Source of the DNA: Eledone cirrhosa
Taxonomy: Eukaryota
Length of the DNA: 64,000 nt
Direction of reading: 5' to 3'
Assembly (NCBI GenBank): GCA_964016885.1
Contig: OZ024741.1
Location: 316,448,001-316,512,000 of the forward strand
Positions 26,420 to 41,411 of this stretch are shown here, piece after piece. The notes below the pieces were generated by a model. That model was given only the letters and a program-made list of their open reading frames with translations, was not told where the DNA came from and made no database searches. A program made the translations under genes and the position numbers. Numbering within the stretch: the stretch's first letter is position 1; the number at the start of each line of letters is the position of its first letter.

Positions 26420-27285
26420 CAGTGATTGATCGGCCTGATTTGCATATCAGCGACGCTGAATTACAAAACGCCGTACTCAGTATCCAACCCACTCTGACTG
26501 GAGCCCAGCTAACACTGAAAGATTCTGTCTATATTCTCGGCTGTCCAATCCCCACGAAAGCGATACATGATTGCCTGGAGACCAAGCATGCAGACATGCC
26601 GAGGATGACAGAGAGATGGCGTCTTATTTACGCACACCTGGTGATCTCCTTCCTCTTCATGCTGTGTAGTGCGCCTTGTCACCACACAGTCAGCCTTGGC
26701 CGATTGGATCGACGAAAGCCTCGTCGTTTCCCAATATACAGGTATCCAACGTAACTGGGACGACATCAAATGCAGGTCTACCTTCAGGCAAATTGAGTCC
26801 TCCTTAGGCCAACACCGTTTTGCTGGCTTCCGATCGACCTCGCAACCAAACAATGGTGCGTGACTCAATTCAGTACCTTCCTCCTTAACCGATACCCTCC
26901 TTGATGATGAAGGCGCTTGCAATGGAGTGGCCTAGTGCCTCGGCTTCTGCGTGTGTGAATCACACAAATACCACTGTCGAGCTGTTGCTAACAAGCTCAT
27001 TCTGCACCCGCTATCATAACCAGACAGGTATCACCGACACGTTGCTCTGAACGACATCATCAGAAAGAGCATCGACGCAGCCGTGACGGCATGCGCCTCG
27101 AATTACTAATCCACTTCCCATTCAAGGGAGGTAAATCTCTAACCTGGTACGTGATCGGTTGTGACTCGTTCACCGCCTCCAGCCTTGTCGTTTCGGTCGC
27201 AAACCCGACCAACGCCACCCACAACGCAGAGGAGAGGAAGACAACTAAATACCGGGGCTTGACCGATCGCTTCCTTTCCTTAATC
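26420..27285 (+). mobile_element. CRE-like (RLE-type) non-LTR retrotransposon C-terminal relic
   Basis: ILGCPI, GA*LNSVPSS..LLDD, RHVALNDIIRK, PFKGGKSLTWYV..AEERKTTKYRGL; frameshifted. Confidence 0.75.
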
Positions 27286-27319
27286 ATTATTTTTCTTGAT
27301 ATAATTACATGTCATCCAA

Positions 27320-27870
27320 CTTTCTGAATCTGCTCAGATGAAATGACAGAGCTATGATACGCTGGATGTGAGGTGTGACCAATGAGGGTGATGTCAGCTC
27401 AACTGAGCTCCTTAAAAGACTGCTGATTGGCGACCTCGAGGATGTGCTTCACACGAAACGCATGCGCTGGTACGGCCATGTCGAGCGCAGAAGGGACTGC
27501 ATCAGGAAAGTGATGAATGTCGATCCAGGGGGCAGTGGAGGCCCAGGAGGACCGAAAGGGACTTGGATGGAGGATGTCCGTCGGGTTCAAGCTAGGCTTG
27601 GCTTGGCCTGGCTCAAATGAAACCGGCAGGCAGAAACATATGGGGCGGGACGCTAAGGAGTGTTGTCAGGTAGGACCCACCCCTACTTAATGATTAATTG
27701 TGTCCTGCATAATCAAAAACTGGAGTCTGTTGAGATCAAGCTTGGCCTGGCCTGGCCTAAGTGAGGCCGGCAGTGAGATATGGTGTGGGACACTAAGGAG
27801 TTCTGGCAGGCAGGACCCACCCCTACTTAGGGATTAATTGTGTCCTGCATAATCAAAAACTGAATGATGG
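27320..27870 (+). mobile_element. RTE 3' fragment with duplicated 3' UTR
   Basis: RMRWYGHVERR..GGPKGTWMEDV; 27600-27720 repeated at about 27740-27862. Confidence 0.75.
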
Positions 27871-28088
27871 TGATGATGATGAAGATGGTGATAACATAAA
27901 GATTCAGTATATATGTACAAATAACATACATAACTTTGGAGAAATAACTGGGCATAAACATAGTTAGAATCCAAGACCTTGTTCGCATGAAGCAAACGTT
28001 ACTGTAGCAACAGGGCTGAGATAACAAATGCATTGTGTGTATGTTTGTGTGTATGTATGTATGTGTGTGTAATTTTTAAAGAACATAT

Positions 28089-28129
<41 letters not shown>

Positions 28130-28409
28130 GAGTTTAACCCGTCCTCCATTGTTACAATTACTGATTAATTATCTTGTGGAAATAAAAATAACACTGATAA
28201 AACATGATTATATATATATATATATATATATACATATATTTGTGTGAGTGTGTGTGTGTGTGTGTGTATGTGTGTGTGTGTAAGATTGAAGTACAACAGC
28301 AGAAAAAAATAGATTCATGTATGTTATATAAAGCTAGAACCGAAACAAGGAAACAAAACTGATTTCACTCCCCACCACCACGACCACACACTCCCTTAAT
28401 GAAGGAAGC

Positions 28410-28640
28410 GGACCATTAGTTTACTAGTTAGGGTATTCCAATAAGGGTCTTAAGGCCGTGAGTTGGATTCCTAGACTAGGCAGCGTGATCTGTCCTTCAT
28501 TCAACTTTCCACAGGTTCACAAAAACAGTTGGAGATTAACCTCTTCAACAGACTGGCGTCCCGTCCTAGGGGACGGGATTTTTTTTCATCATGAGAGTTG
28601 GGGCCGTATCATTAAAACATACAAGAAATGCAGCCTGCTA
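28410..28640 (+). mobile_element. Degenerate tRNA-derived SINE
   Basis: CTAGTTAGGGT..GAGTTGGATTCC head; GACTGGCGTCCCGTCCTAGGGG downstream. Confidence 0.5.
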
Positions 28641-28669
28641 AGAAGACATCTAAACCTACATGAGTGTGA

Positions 28670-30041
<1,372 letters not shown>

Positions 30042-30274
30042 CGCACACACATAAACACGTATACACAGACAGATATAGAGCTATAGAGAGTAGGTGAAGG
30101 CCGCCACTGTCCTACGTCCGATTCAACTCGTGACGTTTCTCTCAGTAAACTGAACCAACTGTCATCCGCAGCTACTGAGATAACAATTGCAGCTTTATTA
30201 TACAGTTATGTAGGACGGCTCTGTGTATATGTGGTGGTCGCCGTGGTCGAGTATGTGCGTGTGGACGTACGTAC

Positions 30275-30317
<43 letters not shown>

Positions 30318-30459
30318 TTATATATGTGTATATGTATATATATGTGTGTGTGTATACATATACATGCATATAATTATACGGGGGAGAGAAAAGCGAAAGA
30401 AAATGAGAAATAGTGAAGAGATGAAGAGAGAGAGTGAGTGTTACACAACACACCTGATA

Positions 30460-30494
<35 letters not shown>

Positions 30495-30497
30495 CGA

Positions 30498-30679
30498 AGG
30501 AAATGTGGTAAGGAACCAGATGGACCATAACGCACCAAAGTACTCAATACTTGAGGTAGTAGAGTGGGTAATAGGAACCAGTAAGACCCCGACAGCTGAG
30601 CTCAAGCCGTTTCGACGGCTAATTCATCAGAATTAGCCGTCGAAACGGCTTGAGCTCAGCTGTCGGGGTCTTACTGGTT

Positions 30680-30684
<5 letters not shown>
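30498..30684. mobile_element. Penelope-LTR-like fragment folded back at a hammerhead stem II
   Basis: Perfect palindrome about 30570-30684 centred on CATCAG; each arm reads GAAAC-GGCT..AGCT-GTC-GGGGTC. Confidence 0.75.
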
Positions 30685-30755
<71 letters not shown>

Positions 30756-30945
30756 GAGAGAGAGGGAACAAAGAATCAGTATTGTATCATATGCATATTT
30801 AATTATGCAATACTGATTCTTTGTTCCCCATTTCATATTATTGATACTCTGCTCCCCAATAGCATCGTGTGCTCATCTTGGCGTTGGCATACCGCCTGTG
30901 AATGCGAAGCAATTATTCCTCTACTACTATATATATATATATATC

Positions 30946-31175
30946 CTCTGTTAGCTAGACATGCTCACCGACATCCAGAGTTGACGTTGCACTCAGTGCT
31001 CCTGTGGGAGACCCTACATGGACACACTGGAAGAGGAAGACCAAGGTTAACGTATGTTGATGCCCTAAGGTCAGACACTGGTCTGTTGGAGACGCAGGAC
31101 ATGGCAGCGATAATGAGGGACAGAGACCGCTGGGGAGAGCTCGTCCATGGATCTCGGGAATTTTACCCGCCTTAG
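30946..31175 (+). mobile_element. RTE 3' fragment
   Basis: [35 protein letters not shown]. Confidence 0.8.
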
Positions 31176-31224
31176 ATATATATATGTATATATACATATA
31201 TATACATATATACATATATATGTA

Positions 31225-31289
<65 letters not shown>

Positions 31290-31402
31290 GCATATATATA
31301 TATACATACACATATATATATATACATACATATATATATATACATACATATCTATATATATATATATATATATAAACATACATATATATATATACATACA
31401 TA

Positions 31403-31452
<50 letters not shown>

Positions 31453-31474
31453 GATATATGTATATATATATATG

Positions 31475-31563
<89 letters not shown>

Positions 31564-31596
31564 GTATATATATGTATATATATATATATATATACG

Positions 31597-31642
<46 letters not shown>

Positions 31643-31665
31643 CATATATATATATATATCTATAC

Positions 31666-31724
<59 letters not shown>

Positions 31725-31725
31725 C

Positions 31726-31924
<199 letters not shown>

Positions 31925-31930
31925 CATATT

Positions 31931-31979
<49 letters not shown>

Positions 31980-31991
31980 ATATATATATAC

Positions 31992-32057
<66 letters not shown>

Positions 32058-32075
32058 TTATATATATATATATAT

Positions 32076-32152
<77 letters not shown>

Positions 32153-32188
32153 TATATATATATATAAAAATATATATATATACACATA

Positions 32189-32372
<184 letters not shown>

Positions 32373-32425
32373 CATATATATATAGATATATATACATATA
32401 TATATATACATTTATATATATATAC

Positions 32426-32586
<161 letters not shown>

Positions 32587-32599
32587 TACATATATATAT

Positions 32600-33205
32600 G
32601 GTGGCTGCCAACTCGTTTTCGAGTACGGCCACTACTTTATATCCATGTAGGAGAACCCCTACCGATGCGCTGAACGAGTGTGACTTTTTAGTCCAGCCAG
32701 CAACTTGAAAACTCTGGTACAAACACTACACTTGTGACAATTATTGACACATAGTGCTGCGCCCATGGTACCATGTGACGACAAGTGCAGAGAGATCTCC
32801 AGATATAAAGCAATGCCTGTGCTGTGAAGCTTTTACAGTGAGCAAAGGCACTGCACAAAGCCAGTCCCACTCTCTTAACCAAGATGATATTTACCAAAAA
32901 GAAGAACAAGTCAACATCATTGGAAACCATCAGGGTTGCAGGTGTTATATCAGAGTTTTCCTCCTAGAATTCTGCCTTGACAAAGGCTAAGGGGTCATCT
33001 CTCCCGGTGATTTTGGATGGCCATTGACACTTAAGAGCTCCTTTGCCTTTTGACAGGTTTTGTTTTTAGTCCTGCAGGATGTCAAAAGTCACCCTCCTCA
33101 CCAAGAAACATTGGTGGGGTTGCCAGTTTAGTCGCCAACGACCCGACCATGGGACAGATTGTACTGGGATACATGTTACCAGTAGCACCAACTGGTGACC
33201 TGACA
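32600..33205 (-). mobile_element. Probable RTE-like 5' region / non-autonomous fragment (related piece at 24810-24945)
   Basis: Shares AAAAAGAAGAACAAGTCAAC with 24880-24900; GGAGGAAAACTCTGAT motif resembles RTE 5' UTRs. Family assignment is weak. Confidence 0.4.
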
Positions 33206-33214
33206 TATATATAT

Positions 33215-33261
<47 letters not shown>

Positions 33262-33264
33262 CTT

Positions 33265-33375
<111 letters not shown>

Positions 33376-33383
33376 GATATACA

Positions 33384-33425
<42 letters not shown>

Positions 33426-33468
33426 CATACATATACATACATATATATACATATATATACATACATAT

Positions 33469-33517
<49 letters not shown>

Positions 33518-33723
33518 CATATATATATATATATATACATACATATATATTTATGTACATACATATATATATATACATATATATATATATACATACATAT
33601 ATATATATATATATACATATATATATACATACATATATATATATATACATACATATAAGCACTTTCATTTTATATTCATCCTTTATACATACATATATAT
33701 ATATACATACATATATATATATA

Positions 33724-33757
<34 letters not shown>

Positions 33758-33764
33758 TACATAC

Positions 33765-33818
<54 letters not shown>

Positions 33819-33828
33819 TCATATATAC

Positions 33829-33859
<31 letters not shown>

Positions 33860-33952
33860 CATACATATATACATATTTATATATATATATACATATATAT
33901 ATATACATACATATATACATATATATATATATACATACATATATATATATAT

Positions 33953-34001
<49 letters not shown>

Positions 34002-34019
34002 CATATATATATATATATA

Positions 34020-34083
<64 letters not shown>

Positions 34084-34107
34084 CATACATATATACATAT
34101 ATATATA

Positions 34108-34327
<220 letters not shown>

Positions 34328-34533
34328 CATACATATATATATAAAAATGAGGTAAGTATCTCACTGAGTACTAAGTACCCATAGAGATATGTAGGGTGTC
34401 TATAATATAATTGTTATTCTATGGTACTAATTTGAGATACCAGAACTATAAAAATTGATGAGCAGAACAAACAAACATTAAACAATCCTTTAAATAAATT
34501 TAAAAATGATTTAAATATCTACCTGTTCATAAT

Positions 34534-34612
34534 GCTATTACCGGCGGTTTCCATCTACAAAAGATTGGAAATTCAGAGAATTTCCAACGGAAAGTAAACT
34601 TCATCAGATAGC
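34534..34612 (-). ncRNA. Type I hammerhead ribozyme in a ~420-bp island (34344-34762)
   Basis: GCUAU-CUGAUGA-long stem II (UUGGAAAUUC/GAAUUUCCAA)-GAAA-CC(GCC)G-GUA-AUAGC. Confidence 0.75.
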
Positions 34613-34787
34613 TATTTCCTTTCTATAGGACATACGTCCCACGGTCCGCAAATATAATGCCAACTACCAGCTCGTATCAGTTATGGCCGTTAAAGTGACC
34701 CACACGTGACCCCGCCGCTAGTGCAAGCGGGAATATGAGACTTATTGATGGCTTGGCTGCTAAATACATACATATATATATACATAC

Positions 34788-34840
<53 letters not shown>

Positions 34841-34875
34841 TATATACATATATATATAGAGAGATATATATATAC

Positions 34876-34914
<39 letters not shown>

Positions 34915-35059
34915 GATATATATATACACATATATATATATATATATAGATATATATATACATATATATATACACATATATATATAGATGTATATACAAA
35001 TATATATATATACATATATATACATATATATATATATACATATATAAATATATATATAT

Positions 35060-35102
<43 letters not shown>

Positions 35103-35153
35103 TATATATATGTAAATATATATACATATATACATATATATATGAGTAAAAAT

Positions 35154-35207
<54 letters not shown>

Positions 35208-35247
35208 CATATATATATTATATACATATATATATATTTATATATAT

Positions 35248-35280
<33 letters not shown>

Positions 35281-35281
35281 A

Positions 35282-35350
<69 letters not shown>

Positions 35351-35597
35351 CATATATATATATATAAATACATATATACAAATATATATATATATACATA
35401 TATATATGTATATATATGTATATATATACATATATATATATACATATATACATATATATACACATATATATATACATATATATATATACGATATTAATTA
35501 TTAATATTGTATATCTACTCCAAATATTTGTCGAGTGCTTTATATCAGTAATAAAAATATTTACTTGTTGTATCCTAACAATTTTAAATAGAACTTT

Positions 35598-35795
<198 letters not shown>

Positions 35796-35798
35796 TAT

Positions 35799-35833
<35 letters not shown>

Positions 35834-36125
35834 CATATATATATACATATATATATATATTTATATATATATGTATATGTATATATATATGTATATATAT
35901 ATATTTATATATATATGTATATGTATATATATATGTATATATATATGTATATATATATGTATATGTATATATATATATGTATATATATGTATATATATAT
36001 ATGTATATATATATATTTATATATATATATATGTATATGTATATATATATATATGTATATATTTATATATATATGTATATGTATATATATATGTATATAT
36101 ATGTATATATATGTATATATGTATT

Positions 36126-36171
<46 letters not shown>

Positions 36172-36173
36172 AT

Positions 36174-36211
<38 letters not shown>

Positions 36212-36217
36212 TACATG

Positions 36218-36346
<129 letters not shown>

Positions 36347-36354
36347 ATATATAA

Positions 36355-36399
<45 letters not shown>

Positions 36400-36493
36400 C
36401 ATATATACATATATATGTATATATATATATATACATATATATATACATATATATATACATATATATATATACATATATATATATATGTACATA

Positions 36494-36545
<52 letters not shown>

Positions 36546-36570
36546 CATATATATATATATACATATATAC

Positions 36571-36651
<81 letters not shown>

Positions 36652-36657
36652 TATACA

Positions 36658-36697
<40 letters not shown>

Positions 36698-36710
36698 CAT
36701 ATATATATAC

Positions 36711-36761
<51 letters not shown>

Positions 36762-36764
36762 TAC

Positions 36765-36881
<117 letters not shown>

Positions 36882-36892
36882 CATATATATAC

Positions 36893-36923
<31 letters not shown>

Positions 36924-37034
36924 CATATATATATATACATATATACATATATATATATATACATATATATATATACTTATATACATATATATATACATAT
37001 ATATATATACATATATATATAAATATATATATAT

Positions 37035-37123
<89 letters not shown>

Positions 37124-37180
37124 TATATATATGTAAATATATATACATATATACATATATGTATGAGTAAAAATTATATA

Positions 37181-37234
<54 letters not shown>

Positions 37235-37332
37235 CATATATATATTATATACATATATATATATATACATATATATATATTTATATATATATATATATAT
37301 ATAAATATATATATATATAAATACATATATAT

Positions 37333-38121
37333 AACTTTGAATAACTTTGAAATGTTTTGGCCAGTATTGGCCCAGGCCATGTCTAACTTAATAGCACCAC
37401 CTGGCGAAGTCTTTCAATTCAGGATTTGGGCACCATGGCCCATTCGAGAAGAGAATTACTGTTTGCGGAGACATATCCGGGTGTGGGTGGTTTGTCCGGG
37501 ATTACTTGGAGGAATTTGTCCAAAGACTTCTTGAATTTTGTGTGGTCAGTTTCTGTTTTGACGTGTCCTGGTGTGATGTTGAAGAGAGCAGGGCCGATTG
37601 AGGTGAAATAATTGTGCCGTATTGTTGTTATGAGTTGCGATTTAGATTTTTGAATGGGACGGATAGCACGGGGCCCAAGCCTTGGGTGTATCTTGAAGGC
37701 GATGCCAACATCATTTGGGCAGTGATGATGGAACATTTTCCACATCATGCAGATAATATAACGCTCACGGCGACGTTGGAGTGAGTAAAGTTTCAGGTTT
37801 TCTAATCGACCCCAGTAGTCAAGGTCTGACATGCCATCTATCTTTTTTGTGATTGCCCTTTGAGGAGCTTCAAGTTTCATGATACTTTGTTTCGTGTGGG
37901 GAGACCACAGTGGACAACAGTATTCAAGGTGTGGTCGGGCGAAAGTAGAGAAGAGAAGGATAATGGTGCGGGAATCTCTCGACTGGAAGGTTCTGAGGAT
38001 CCAGGAACACATTCTGCGGGCCATGTCACCTTTGCTGCTTATATGCGTGGTCCAGCTTATGTTGCTGTCCACGGTTACTCCCAAGTCTCTGATGTTGTTA
38101 GATGCCACGAGAGTTTCCCCG
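37333..38121 (-). mobile_element. CR1-clade LINE, 5'-truncated
   Basis: ORF 38108-37419 with [14 protein letters not shown] and LYSLQRRRERY; (TTCAAAGTTA)-type tail; near-identical to 46232-47020. Confidence 0.92.
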
Positions 38122-38278
38122 GTATATATATATATGTATATATATATACATATATATATATATATACGATATTAATTATTAATATTGTATATCTACTCCA
38201 AATATTTGTCGAGTGCTTTATATCAGTAATAAAAATATTTACTTGTTGTATCCTAACAATTTTAAATAGAACTTTTGC

Positions 38279-38551
<273 letters not shown>

Positions 38552-38707
38552 CATATATATATACATATATATATATATTTATATATATATGTATATGTAT
38601 ATATATATGTATATATATATATTTATATATATATGTATATGTATATATATATGTATATATATATGTATATATATATGTATATGTATATATATATATGTAT
38701 ATATATG

Positions 38708-38738
<31 letters not shown>

Positions 38739-38849
38739 TTATATATATATATATGTATATGTATATATATATATGTATATATTTATATATATATATATGT
38801 ATATGTATATATATATGTATATATAAGTATATATATGTATATATGTATT

Positions 38850-38898
<49 letters not shown>

Positions 38899-38899
38899 T

Positions 38900-38938
<39 letters not shown>

Positions 38939-38981
38939 GTATATATATATATGTATATATGTATTTATATATATATATATG

Positions 38982-39094
<113 letters not shown>

Positions 39095-39333
39095 GTAAGT
39101 ATGCATGTATACGTACATACATATATGTATACAGACGTACAGTAGCATGCACATATATATATATATATACATATATACATACATATGCATACAGGTACAC
39201 ATACATATATGCACGTATCAGTTTAGCGGCGCTAACGTCGCTTTGTTCGTTTGTAAACAAACTGAACAGCCTGAATTTATGCCATACGGTGTTAAGGCAA
39301 CCACGTCACCTTTTTGTTCAACACTGACACAGG

Positions 39334-41242
39334 AACGATGTACTAGTTTCAAGCTTGTTAGCTATCATCAGCACCGTTTACCCATCTGCCAGATAGTTGA
39401 ACGGTCGAAAGTATATACTTTCCTTATGAAAATTAACGGCTGAGCAGCCTAATTTGCATATTGAGTGAGTTAAATCGGTCAGGCATACCGAAAACGATAA
39501 ATTGAAACAAAATGAAAACGAAATTTCATTTCTCACTCTTAGTATGGCACTTACTTAAATGTAAGTATGCATGTATACGTACATACATATATGTATACAG
39601 ACGTACAGTAGCATGCACATATATATATATATATACATATATACATACATATGCATACAGGTACACATACATATATGCACGTATCAGTTTAGCGGCGCTA
39701 ACGTCGCTTTGTTCGTTTGTAAACAAACTGAACAGCCTGAATTTATGCCATACGGTGTTAAGGCAACCACGTCACCTTTTTGTTCAACACTGACACAGGA
39801 ACGATGTACTAGTTTCAAGCTTGTTAGCTATCATCAGCACCGTTTACCCATCTGCCAGATAGTTGAACGGTCGAAAGTATATACTTTCCTTATGAAAATT
39901 AACGGCTGAGCAGCCTAATTTGCATATTGAGTGAGTTAAATCGGTCAGGCATACCGAAAACGATAAATTGAAACAAAATGAAAACGAAATTTCATTTCTC
40001 ACTCTTAGTATGGCACTTACTTAAATGTAAGTATGCATGTATACGTACATACATATATGTATACAGACGTACAGTAGCATGCACATATATATATATATAT
40101 ACATATATACATACATATGCATACAGGTACACATACATATATGCACGTATCAGTTTAGCGGCGCTAACGTCGCTTTGTTCGTTTGTAAACAAACTGAACA
40201 GCCTGAATTTATGCCATACGGTGTTAAGGCAACCACGTCACCTTTTTGTTCAACACTGACACAGGAACGATGTACTAGTTTCAAGCTTGTTAGCTATCAT
40301 CAGCACCGTTTACCCATCTGCCAGATAGTTGAACGGTCGAAAGTATATACTTTCCTTATGAAAATTAACGGCTGAGCAGCCTAATTTGCATATTGAGTGA
40401 GTTAAATCGGTCAGGCATACCGAAAACGATAAATTGAAACAAAATGAAAACGAAATTTCATTTCTCACTCTTAGTATGGCACTTACTTAAATGTAAGTAT
40501 GCATGTATACGTACATACATATATGTATACAGACGTACAGTAGCATGCACATATATATATATATATACATATATACATACATATGCATACAGGTACACAT
40601 ACATATATGCACGTATCAGTTTAGCGGCGCTAACGTCGCTTTGTTCGTTTGTAAACAAACTGAACAGCCTGAATTTATGCCATACGGTGTTAAGGCAACC
40701 ACGTCACCTTTTTGTTCAACACTGACACAGGAACGATGTACTAGTTTCAAGCTTGTTAGCTATCATCAGCACCGTTTACCCATCTGCCAGATAGTTGAAC
40801 GGTCGAAAGTATATACTTTCCTTATGAAAATTAACGGCTGAGCAGCCTAATTTGCATATTGAGTGAGTTAAATCGGTCAGGCATACCGAAAACGATAAAT
40901 TGAAACAAAATGAAAACGAAATTTCATTTCTCACTCTTAGTATGGCACTTACTTAAATGTAAGTATGCATGTATACGTACATACATATATGTATACAGAC
41001 GTACAGTAGCATGCACATATATATATATATATACATATATACATACATATGCATACAGGTACACATACATATATGCACGTATCAGTTTAGCGGCGCTAAC
41101 GTCGCTTTGTTCGTTTGTAAACAAACTGAACAGCCTGAATTTATGCCATACGGTGTTAAGGCAACCACGTCACCTTTTTGTTCAACACTGACACAGGAAC
41201 GATGTACTAGTTTCAAGCTTGTTAGCTATCATCAGCACCGTT
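39334..41242 (-). ncRNA. Five hammerhead ribozymes (39334-39378, 39800-39844, 40266-40310, 40732-40776, 41198-41242)
   Basis: Reverse complement of the right-arm motif. Confidence 0.85.
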
Positions 41243-41411
41243 TACCCATCTGCCAGATAGTTGAACGGTCGAAAGTATATACTTTCCTTATGAAAATTAA
41301 CGGCTGAGCAGCCTAATTTGCATATTGAGTGAGTTAATTAGGCTGCTCAGCCGTTAATTTTCATAAGGAAAGTATATACTTTCGACCGTTCAACTATCTG
41401 GCAGATGGGTA

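Noticed and set aside
39383-39440. Second, opposite-strand hammerhead (GAAAGTATATACTTTC; CTGAGCA)
   Set aside because: No CUGANGA correctly placed before GAAA; it is only a palindromic hairpin, so the unit is not ambisense.
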